From Lytechinus pictus (Eukaryota): a stretch of 64,000 nucleotides of DNA. Location of the stretch: contig NC_087252.1 of the NCBI RefSeq assembly GCF_037042905.1, positions 8,558,001 through 8,622,000 on the forward strand. The letters run 5' to 3'. A program made the translations under genes and the position numbers. This document shows positions 47,067 through 57,887 of the stretch, one piece after another (position 1 is the stretch's first letter; each line of letters starts with the position of its first letter). The notes beneath the pieces are model-generated. The model saw only the letters and a list, made by a program, of their open reading frames with translations, was not told the origin of the DNA and made no database searches.

Positions 47067-50042
47067 TTAACAGTGAAAAGACAGTCCATTGTTTTCGAGA
47101 TTAACGCGCCCAGGGTCAGAAGTCTCTCTCATTCTATTCAACAGAGACCTAAGTAATCATTCTTTTGAATACATGGTTCTCATTAATTCCAGCAATGTAT
47201 TCAAACGTTGAATGGCGTGTTGAGATAATAATGCGTTATCGATTTTTTTTTTGGCTATCTCATATCAGTAATAACTCTGTGTTATGTAAACTTCGACGCA
47301 CTCAGGGTACATTCGCGCGTGTACATTCTCCCCCTTCTATATCCCCCCCCCCCCCCCTCTCTCTCTCTACCAACATTTTATTTATGTGATTTCGTAGAGG
47401 TTTTAAAAATGCAAACCAACTACATATAAAAGAAAATGGACGGTCTTTAAAAACATGTTGAAGCTAGGAAATGATAACACCCGATGTCGTATTAACATGG
47501 TTAAAGAGATCGAACGCTATATCATTGGTACATTAAAAAATGCATTGGTATTTACTGAATTGATTTATGTTTTAACGACTTCCTTAATTTTCTCAAGTAT
47601 TAAGTTTGTAACTTTTTTTCAGTTTTAAGTAAAATTACTTATTTTCTTTCCAGCGATTTTCTTTAAGTAAATTTACGCAAAACAATCACAGTAATCGATA
47701 TGAACTTTGTAGGTACGCCATCGGTTTATATTCCTACAAATAAAACAATAAGAGGTTCCCAGAACCTAAACAACATTTGAATTCAGATATGAGTGACTAC
47801 TTAATATTTCTCTTTCAACAAAATATTGACATATTTTGCAAGCTTTAGTCCAAAGGAAAATAGATCTATTGACAGGAGCTGGGGCAGTGAATAACTGAAA
47901 CAAAAGCGTGATTTATTCAACAGTGAAAAGACAGTCTATTGTGTTTGAGATAAACCAGTGGTCAATTAAGGATGAGAAGTCGCTCGCATTCTATTCAATA
48001 AAAGCGGCAACATGAAGACACGACCAACCCAACAAAACGTTGATTTTGAATAAAAAGAGCAAAATCCAACAAGCCTAACATTGAATTATTCATCGAAATC
48101 GGATGCGAAATAAGAAATTTTGACAAATTCACTTAATTTCTCAAAACAGTGATATTCACATCCTGGGGCCCATTGCATAAAACTTTTTGCCCTGTGTTAA
48201 AATCAATGGCAGAAATCAGACTAACCTTAGTTTTCAATTTTTACCAGAGTTTTCTCAGGTAAAAAGTTTTATGCAACAGGGTTGGTGTATAAATGAAGGG
48301 ACTGATGACGTCATACACTCACTATTTCTTGTTTATAGGCCTACATATGAAATAAAAAATATTTTATTTTCTATTCTATATTCTATTCATTTTTTCATTA
48401 AAAATATTTTGCTTCTCAAAGTGGGAAGGGGGGCACGGGCCGGTCGGATTATGAAAGTGAAATGAATATAATCGAAATTAGCTGTAACAGCTATTCAATA
48501 CTAGAGAGGGAAATTTGTGATTTCCACTTTTAACACATACTTAATTCGTTTAGCATAATTGGGGCGCTACCCACCGATCAATGAGTAGTTAAGAACAATT
48601 TGTTTAGAAGTAAAAAAAATGAAAGAGCGTTGCTTTCTTTTTCTTTGCGAATGAAAGGGGTTCATAAGTCATGCAAAGTATCCGAAATTAAGTTCAAATT
48701 GGAACCCATTTGTTTCTTATTTGGAACCCTCAAGAAAAAGCTCAGAAATTTATTTTTTTAGGACTCGAGAACCTTTTAAAAAGAACCTTAAAGGGTTTCG
48801 AATTGGCTGCTTAGGGCAATTTAGAACCCCTATAGGGAGCCTTTAAACATTTCAAATACTGACAAGCATACCCCCCCCCCCCCCCTCCTTAAGAGAGTTA
48901 TTCTACGACTTCCCTCCATAAAAAACAGCAATAAAACATCATAAGATTTAAAGTCTGATTTAAGCCTCCAAAATAGCTATGTCCACGAGTATAGACGGAG
49001 ATAATTGCTTGGCAACTGCTGGCGAAGCGTGAGGGGGGGGGGGGGGAGGGGGACTTAAGGGTAATTGCATAGACTGCAATGCACTTTACGCCCCCCCCCC
49101 CGACAACGTTCATATGACCCACTGAAACTTTTAGAACATGTTGCTTGTATTAAAAAGCGATGAGGTCATCATCACGGTATCTAAGTCCTCTTACAAACGA
49201 ACATTGGTGTATTGCGTTTTTAAAGTTTTTGTAAAGGACTCGGAGTGTCCATTATTGGCAGTACTGCCGCTTTGAAAGTATTGATTTTTTTAGAAGTTCC
49301 AGGATTTTCGACAGGACACAACCATGATAACAGCGTCTCAAACAACCCCCAAAACAATGAAAATTCTTACTAAAGTCTTACAAATTGCATAAGAGGGTGC
49401 CGTGAGCTGCACTTAAGACCATCTTTCGACGACAAAAAAGTATTAATAGATGGTAAGGTTGGAAGAAAAAAAAAATTGGGGCAAAAATCCCGAGAATTCT
49501 TAAGGCCCTCCATAACATTTTGTTTCTCTCAAACGTCTTTAGTTTTTATGAACCTTTGTGACCATGGCATTTAATCAGTGGTTACTTTTGCACCATCTGA
49601 TTTCAAATCGGAAGTAATCGAGTACTAAACATACGCCATTATGAGAAAAATGGGGGAAAAACGGAGTCACTTCATCTTTCTCTCTTTCTATTTAAAGAAG
49701 GCCCGAAATATAATGCGTCTCTTTGTGGAAGTAACTGTCCTCTAGAGCGACATATTTGCTCAAGGTTTCATTCATTCATTTTCATTAGGTTAAAAATGTA
49801 TTTTGATATGCGTTTCGACATTCCATCCATGATTTATAAACATACAGCACCTGTCTATAGCTATACGCACATATGTATTTACGCGTGTTAGTTACACCTC
49901 CAAAGGCGAGGCAAGGCCGATTTAATCTATTGTACTCTTCAAAGGCATGCCAGCGATCGCATTGCAGTCGATTTCAAGTGTGACTAAGACACGGAGGTTA
50001 GTTTTTGGTGTCACTTTATTGCAATATCGAATAATACATTCT

Positions 50043-50258
50043 TATGGTGGCCCTGAAGGGACATCGCATATAGACCAAATCGCGAATATTCACGACGAAA
50101 TTGGCGACGAAATTCACGATGTCGTGAATTTCGTCGTGAATATTCAAATTGACGACGAAATTCACGACGAAATCGGCGACGTCGCGAATTTTGTCGCCAA
50201 TTTCGTCGTGAATATTCGCGATTTGGTCTATATGCGATGTCCCTTCAGGGCCACCATA
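50043..50258. mobile_element. Near-perfect 216-bp palindromic MITE with 12-bp internal repeats
   Basis: tatggtggccctgaagggacatcgcatatagaccaaatcgcgaatattcacgacgaaattggcgac has its exact reverse complement at the right end. Confidence 0.9.
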
Positions 50259-51318
50259 CATTCGGATGTATTTGCCCTTAATCATGTTAATCTAAGTAAG
50301 TTAAGACATTAATACTATTATGAAGCATATAAATTTTATCGTTGATTTATCCCCTTTCTTGTCGAATGCTGCTATTTTGCATTAGTTGTTGATGCTAATG
50401 ATAAAACAGATAGATATCAACGCACATGCAAATTTTTGGCATAAATTTTCACATTAAAAAAAAATATTAACCGGACAGTCCCGGAAACGATTGCAATCGA
50501 TTTATGATTATCTTAATCATAGTGAATTGCATATTCATTTCAAGATTTTCCCATTATCTGTAAAAAAATATTAAGGATAAGGCATATCAATTAATTTTTT
50601 ACACCCATCTTGGATTTATGCAAATTAGATGCCTTTCCCCTATTCGGATAGCTTGGGACTTTTAGTATGTTGTACTAGGGACCTCACAGAAATGCATTGT
50701 GGTGAAAAAATTATGTTGCAATATGTTCCAAGTTTGGTCAAAATTTTGGCTAAAATGATTGGACTAGGGGGTGCGGAAGTAAATACGACAAGCCAATAAA
50801 AAAGTTTCACTACAAAATGTGGGTAATTTTTAAATAGTTTTCGAAATTTCCGACACCTACCAGAATTCCTACCAGATTCCTACCCGCCTGCTTCTGCAGC
50901 CCAGCACCCCCGCTTCCCATGGCCATGCTGTATAAATTGCATGTATACCAGCTTGGGAACTCTTTAAAAAATCTTGTGAAAGAAAAAGGGATAGAGAATA
51001 ATAGTAGGCATAGCTACCAATCCCCCGAGCTACCCCCCCCCCTGGATTTGGGTTAAGCCAACTAGGGTACCACCAGACCCACCACATCGTATAGATTTTC
51101 AACGTATTTCCCTCAGGTTTGTCAAGTGTATGAGTTCTTGAACAATGACAAGTAGAGATATGTTTTCTGCTGTTCAGAATCTCGATCAAACATTTCATGC
51201 TTAGACAGTGCTTAATATGTCATTTTCCTACAGTTACATTGGTTTTACCTAATTGCTTAAAATAATGCCTGTGAGCAATAGACCAGGAAACCGACGGCTT
51301 AAGAGGTCCTCTCGGATT

Positions 51319-51371
51319 CCGGGGGGAGGGGGCACTTACATTGACGAGTGGATATCATGCGCCCCCCCCCC

Positions 51372-51404
<33 letters not shown>

Positions 51405-51761
51405 AAAAAATTATGTCTTTTTCGAGATAGGGCACGTTACGTAGGTAACGTAATAAGAGTGTTTAGAGTACGATTTGGACCGTACATAACCCAATGGTGT
51501 AGCTAAATTAAAGGTAAAACCGACTACCGACGTCCGTGACATAAATACCGCTGTACTTGTTTAGGGGTTAAATTCAGGGAATACTTGCCAAGGGTATCGT
51601 TTTGTTTCCAATGCTTGTTAAGGGTAGGGTTTCACACGCCCATACTTGTTAGGGGTGCATTTTCAGAATATGGAAAATACTTGTTTAGGGTGCTTTTGGA
51701 GACCCCATGGTCGCGTATGATATCCACTTATCAATGAAAGTGCCCCCCCCCCCCCCCCGGG
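51319..51761. mobile_element. MITE with CCGGGGG termini
   Basis: ggggcacttacattgacgagtggatatcatgcg vs cgtatgatatccacttatcaatgaaagtgcccc. Confidence 0.8.
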
Positions 51762-52036
51762 TCTCCAATGGACCTGGTAGTGAGGATTGATGCCAATACC
51801 AAAAAGACAAAAGCGGCGCATCAAGTGAGAATCGAACCTGGGTCACTGTAATCCGAAACCCGCACTCTTCATTTTTCTGCTGTTCAAAATCACCACCAGA
51901 CATCAGATATTAGCAATGCTTACCATTTAGCTTTTTTCCTATTTTGGAGGTCGATTGACATAATTTTTTTTTGTCATTTACCATTTACTGGGGAAAAATC
52001 TATGTGACATTATCATTCATTCGTCCTTAATTTATA

Positions 52037-52225
52037 GGAGGCGCGATAGCTCAATCGGTAGAGCGGGGGTTTCGGATTCCGTTGACCCGGGTTCCAACAC
52101 CAATTGGTGTGCTAGTGCCCTTTGGTAAGGCAGTAAGCCTCATTACTAGGTCCATGGAAGAGGACTTTAATCCGTCAGCCCTCTGGTTGCTTGCTTACCA
52201 GCATTAATGCTTTCTTAGCAATCTG
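52037..52225 (+). mobile_element. tRNA-derived SINE (family 2), second copy
   Basis: gcgatagctcaatcggtagagcgggggtttcggattccg aligns with the 28642 copy through to ctggttgcttgct. Confidence 0.85.
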
Positions 52226-52309
52226 TTTTTTTTCTTCACCATTTACCAATTGGATTTGTAATTATAAGAAAGAAATCGAAAACTAGGTCATGTTTGTACT
52301 AGCCTTGTG

Positions 52310-52345
<36 letters not shown>

Positions 52346-52517
52346 TGTAAACGTATCTTTTATGATATCCTTGCGAACAGCGAACTAGATATCAGTATCA
52401 CTTCATTATTGTGTATCTGGAGATCACGTGGTCTGCATAAGATCAAAATGATAAATTTATTTATTACCATTTCGAATGATTATTCGTAATGATGTCATTT
52501 TTCCCCTTCGTTTACAG

Positions 52518-53562
52518 ATCGCCAAACATCTCTTACATGTCCGAAAATGACGAAATGAAGTCCGACAACCATACAGCTGCACGAGAAATCTCCACTGATC
52601 ACATCGAGAAATGGCTCCCCGATACCAAAAACTTGCTGCCCAATTACTTCACGATGAGAGACAACCTAACAAATGAACGTAGTTACGCAGATGGCATTCT
52701 CGTGTACATGCATCTCAATAAAGCAGCCGGGACCACCACTAAAAGGTGCCTCTCAAAGATGTCACAGACACGTCCCAATCCGAAACCAGTTGTCACGGTT
52801 AGTGAAGCTAGGGCAAACATCCAAACGGACATCAAAAATGGTAAATTAAAGTATGACATCTTAATGGGTGATTATTCATTTGGTATCTGCGACGCAATCG
52901 ATGATAAAAACTGCTCTTATTTTACTATTTTGAGGGATCCATACGAAAGGCTGCTATCCTCGTTCTCATACTGCAAGCGAGCGAAAGACCAGCTATGCGA
53001 CGGACTAAATCCTTTGGAAGCTGATCTGAAGAAATGGGCTGTTCATCAAGGAAGTTACTTCTTCCGACAATTGCTGATGAAACCGTGGTTCTGCGGTGCA
53101 AACCCCGAATACGCAAAGCAAGGACTTGACGGTATTCCCCATTCCAAGGGAAGGACTTTCTCTAATACTCCGTGCTGGTTCCGGCAGAAGGTTATCTTGA
53201 AGCGCGCCCTCACCTCAGGCCAGATTGACATCCTTCTAGATTACTGTGTAGAACATCTGGAAGAATGGTTCACTGTGATCGGACTAACCGAGCAATACGA
53301 GCTCACACTTGGCATGCTTGAGAAGGTATACCATTTACCATTCAAAAATACGTGTGGGCGGAGCGAACTGAACAAGAGTGATTACCGCAACGTAGCAAGA
53401 AGTAGAAGTATCAGCAAAGAGAATACTGTTGTAGAATGGAAAAGAAATCTCCAAGAAGACCCGGAGGTCTATGAAGCTCTTCGCGCTGATATAGTCATTT
53501 ATGAAAAAGCTAAAGAAATATTCAAGCGTCAAACATTGGCGTTCCTTGCCAACACTCATTAG
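52518..53562 (+). CDS. Sulfotransferase gene B, catalytic exon (HS 2-O/6-O, uronyl-2-O or Gal-3-O sulfotransferase-like)
   Basis: 5'-PSB VYMHLNKAAGTT, 3'-PB TILRDPYERLLSSFSY, plus VIGLTEQY and D..IYEKAKEIF. Strong acceptor ttttccccttcgtttacag| at 52516-52517, so the track ATG at 52489 is probably intronic. Confidence 0.9.
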
Positions 53563-53594
53563 GAAAATCCTGCTAACACAATGAGCTTAACCTA

Positions 53595-53857
53595 CACTGT
53601 TAGAAAATGTATCCTTAAAATAAAATTGAACACCTGTAATCTTACCAGATTGCGTAATCTTAGAGGAAATCGGTAATTGGTGTATGGAATGTTACAAATT
53701 TCCTTAAATAAAACAGGCTTTTCCCCTTTTTAAACAGACCTTTTCTGTTAAATTGCAGAAAAAATCATGTTTTATGAATTTACAGAATGATTCTATTATT
53801 GCTTTGTGCAAAATCTTTTGTTTTTTTTCTGTAAAATCAGGTTTTTTTTTAACAGTG
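53595..53857. mobile_element. CACTG-terminus MITE just downstream of the gene B stop codon
   Basis: TA|CACTGTTAGAAAA ... TTTTTTAACAGTG|TA. Confidence 0.8.
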
Positions 53858-54451
53858 TAGCGGTGCACAGCCAGCGGACCAAGGAATGAGTTATCAAATT
53901 GCCAGATGTCAGCTACATCGCGTTCTAGTAGCTTATTTTGAACAAAATAGTTATATGAACGAGCCAGTTACATCCAAATGAGAGAGTCGATGACATCACT
54001 CACTCACTATTTCTTTTGTATTTTATTATCACTGATTATATGAAATATTTTATTTTCTTTTTCATTGTCATGTGAATTAAATTCTTTAATTGTGATGATA
54101 GACAGTTCGTAATGATTTCATTCTTAAATAAGTTGATTAATTGAATCTCTACTATTTATGTTTTTAAAAAAAATGCAAAAGAACAAGACGTAAAATTCTA
54201 AAAGGCCTCTTTTAACGCGTTGTTCCCCCTCTATTTCGACCGCTAATTCTATCTCTTTATCTATATTTAATCATCTTTATTCTTACCGCCCTTTCACATG
54301 GTAAAACAAATCATAATTTGGATGATGATTTCAGTGAAAAATTAGATTAATGATAATTTTTAGCACGTGTGAAACCAAACTAACATGATTAGAGTCACGA
54401 ACACCTGCAATCATATTGATGATTCAAGATCTACGTGTGAAAAGGCCCATA

Positions 54452-54673
54452 GGGGGTGTTGCAAGAAAATATTTGCAATCAATCGCAAATATTCTGTTGC
54501 AATTTTACAAGTGATTGATCACTTTTTAATAATAGAAAATCAGACTATATTCCATGTTTAATGGAGCAGATTAGCAATCAATATCGCTAATTTGCAATTA
54601 ATCGCACGGCATATGCTTAATTTCGGCAACGAAAATTGACTTGCAATTGATCGCAAGTTTCTTGCAACGCCCC
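54452..54673. mobile_element. Short MITE (GGG terminus, Harbinger-like)
   Basis: ggggtgttgcaagaaa / tttcttgcaacgcccc, with gcaatcaatcgc subrepeats. Confidence 0.7.
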
Positions 54674-54755
54674 ATTAGTCATGTATAATGTCCCCGTTTC
54701 ATTTTAATCCTTGTAGTGTGTGTGTGTGTGTGTGTGAGGGTGTGTGTGTGTGTGT

Positions 54756-56552
54756 TATTACTAAGCTACAAGAGCTATACAAGTTAACACTTAAAGGACA
54801 AGTCCATCCCAACAAAAACTTGATTTGAATAAAAAGAGAAAAATTCAACAAGCAAAACACTGAAAATTTCATCAAAATCGGATGTAAAATAAGAAAGTTA
54901 TGACATTTTAAAGTTTCGCTTCATTTCACAAAACAGTTATATGCACATCTCGTCAGTATGCAAATGAGGGAACTGATGACATCACTCACTCACTATTTCT
55001 TTTGTATTTTATTATATGAAATATGAAATATTTTGATTTTCTCGTCATTGTCATGTGAAATGAAGTTTCATTCCTCCCTGAACACGTGGAATTCCATTAT
55101 TTTAACATTTTGTGCTTCAGGCAAGGAGGTCCTAATCATCAAATTCGTAAAAATTGAAATATTGTATAATTCAAACAATAAAAAACAAAAGAAATAGTGA
55201 GTGAGTGACATCATCGACTCTCTCATTTGGATGTAAGTGGCTCGTTCATATAACTATTTTGTTAAAATAAGCGAAACTTTGAAATGTCATAACTTTCTTA
55301 TTTTACATCCGATTTTGATGAAATTTTCAGCATTGTGCTTGTTGAATTTTTCTCTTTTTATTCAAATCAACATTTTTCTGAGGTGGACTTGACCTTTAAG
55401 GATGGTCACAGTGATTTTGATTTTACTGATGTAGAAATTTGTAAATTATTTGAATATATCAGAAGTACAACTCTTATAAGAAAACAAAGGGAATTTCAGT
55501 TTATGCTTTTACATGGAGCAATATATACAAAAGAACATTTGATGAGATTTGGTTTCGTGGGAGATAATTATTGTTCGTTTTGTTGTACAAAACCTGAATC
55601 GTACTTTCATATACTCATGGATTGCATAAAAGTTAAACCTCTTTGGCAGTTTTGTATTGATCATTTTTGTTTAGCTGAATTAAGAACTTTAAATTGGAGG
55701 GAAATATTCTTAGGATTACCTGGAAATTCTTGTAGAATTAAATGTGTCAATTCTGTTATTCTTTTTATTAAATATGCAATTTTCAATTCCAGAGCTGAAG
55801 GCCGGGTACCGTCATTTATTAAAATACACAAATATATAACGGGTTGTATAGAAGAAGAAAGGCGCCTGGCAACGAAGTCAGGCAAGTTAAGTTTACATTT
55901 ACAGAAATGGGATAAACTGAAGGTGGAAAGGGTTTTGAATGTGAACAGGTTGGGATGTGTCTAGTGTGGTGCGAGTGTGAATCCTGGTGTGAATGTTGAT
56001 GCTTTTCTTTTTTCTTTTTACTAGTTCTTTTCAATTTCCCCTTCTCTTGTATCAATATGATTTGCAGGGTTTTTTTTTCTTTCTGTATCCTATTGCGCCA
56101 AAATGTTAAACGTTCATTGTGCAGATTTGTATTTATTATGTTTGTTTACGTATGCATGGTATGTGCATGTGTGTATGGGTGTTAAGGTGGGTGTGTGTAT
56201 AATTATGTAAAGTTATGTTGAAGCTTGATTTAAAATGGGATGCAATGATAATACATTTAGGTTGATTTCTGTTTTCCTGCAAATCATTTATATAGCCATT
56301 TAACATTAATTATTATTAAAATACATAGAGAGTTGGGGACTCAGTTAAGTCATTTCTTCTTTTTTCAGATATAAAAGTATAATTTTAAGGAGTTTCATTC
56401 CGTCCTTATTTGCTTCAGTTCATGATAAATATATATGTACTTTTTCGCATATCCTTGTTGATATGAAATGAAGATTTGTATTTTTTTTTATTTATCTGCA
56501 GTTTATGTAATTCATTTGAATGAAATCCTTAATAAAAACATGTTGAAAAAAA
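54756..56552 (+). mobile_element. 5'-truncated L1/Tx1-clade LINE (ORF2 C-terminus with CCHC zinc knuckle, 3' UTR, poly-A)
   Basis: EFQFMLLHGAIYT...CSFCCTKPESYFHILMDC...W (zf-RVT-like). Stop at 55964, AATAAA at 56531, A-run at 56546-56552, GT repeats on both flanks. Confidence 0.88.
54795..55395. mobile_element. Kolobok-like foldback MITE inserted in the Tx1 LINE
   Basis: TTAA|AGGACAAGTCCA ... TGGACTTGACCT|TTAA with ~250-bp inverted arms. Fragments of the family also occur at ~48010-48370 and ~53930-54090. Confidence 0.9.
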
Positions 56553-57887
56553 GTGTCTGTGTGTCTGTATGTGGTGGAGAGAGTGAGGCCGGAGATTTTT
56601 TTTTGAGGGTGGGGGTGTTTTCTGTTGTGTGTGTGTGTTTTTTTTTTTTCTAGTCCTACATCATACAACTATTTTGCGAAATTGCAGTTCGTGGTTTTTA
56701 TTAAGTTTGTACTGCAGTAGAAAAAAATTATCACTGTCATATAAATGTTTGGTATGCATTTATCTAGTATAGGCATATAAAATGACGTATCGTTGTTTTA
56801 TATGCTTTTTACCCTCTCTAAATTATTATATTCGCAATATGCAATGTGATTTGCATAGGAAAGGAAACGGGCCACAAACAGCAACCGGTTTTCTATTTTC
56901 AATATACTTAAAGGGCAGAAAAAAATCCTTAAACAATTCCGGGGGAATCAATACTAAATTTGTTAAAAGTGAAAAACCTGGAAAATAAATGATCTGCCAA
57001 ATATAAACGTGTCGATTGAATTTACCAAGTAAAACATAAAGTTTGGTTCTCTGTCATTCGTTTTTTTTTACTCTTCGGTCGGTCGCCTTGGCCGAATTTC
57101 ATGCATGCGTTCAGGGCTATCGGACAGTTTGTGCATGTGACAATAGGAGAGTCTGAACTGCTACATCACGACGATTCCAAGTGTATACCATCATTGACCA
57201 TGTATTCCTGGAAATAACATTTATTGCTGGGTTTCGAATCCGTGACTCAATCAGTGGCGTAACAGGCGGATTGGTGGATTTCACCGAGAAAATAATTTAA
57301 AACAACAGAAAGGGGAGAAAAAGGGAGAATTAACGAAAGGGAAAGGGAAAATATGAAAAGAAAACGTCTAAGAAAAAACATCAAACAGGGAAAAACGGAG
57401 GGAAATCGAGAACATGCAATTCCGAAATACTAATACATTAGCATTATTATGATGAAAGGGAAATAAATTAAAATGTGAAAAAATTGCAAACAAAAGTGGG
57501 AAATGAAGGTAAAATTGACTGAGTCAAATGCTCGATTAGAAAATGGAGAACAAGGACAAGAAAAAAAAAGATAGAAGAACGAAAACATTACCGGGTTGCC
57601 GAAGATTGAAAATAAAGAATGGGAAGAAAGATGGATGGCATATATTATTGTGTACTACTATAATCTTGCAAATTCCATTGCAATAACGATGGCATTCAGG
57701 AAAAAGGCTAGACATATCCCCCTATTACCATGATCAACGTTATGTCCTTTCGGTAGGTGCCCGGACCCCATGAAGTAAAGGGATACTTCATCTAAAACCA
57801 TCAAAGGGCTGTACTACACGGACCCCCTTGTATGGATCCTTCCTGCACTATTAAGCTTTACGTTGGCTTACGGGGGGGGGGGGGGGG

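Noticed and set aside
49947..50312. Overlapping antisense ORFs with similar peptide sequence
   Set aside because: Consequence of a palindromic MITE.
52489..52517. ORF-track start MMSFFPFVYR for gene B
   Set aside because: This is the polypyrimidine tract and acceptor of the intron; the product would lack a membrane anchor.
55335..55964. 209-aa ORF as a host gene
   Set aside because: Chimera of MITE sequence (first ~20 codons) and LINE ORF2 C-terminus.
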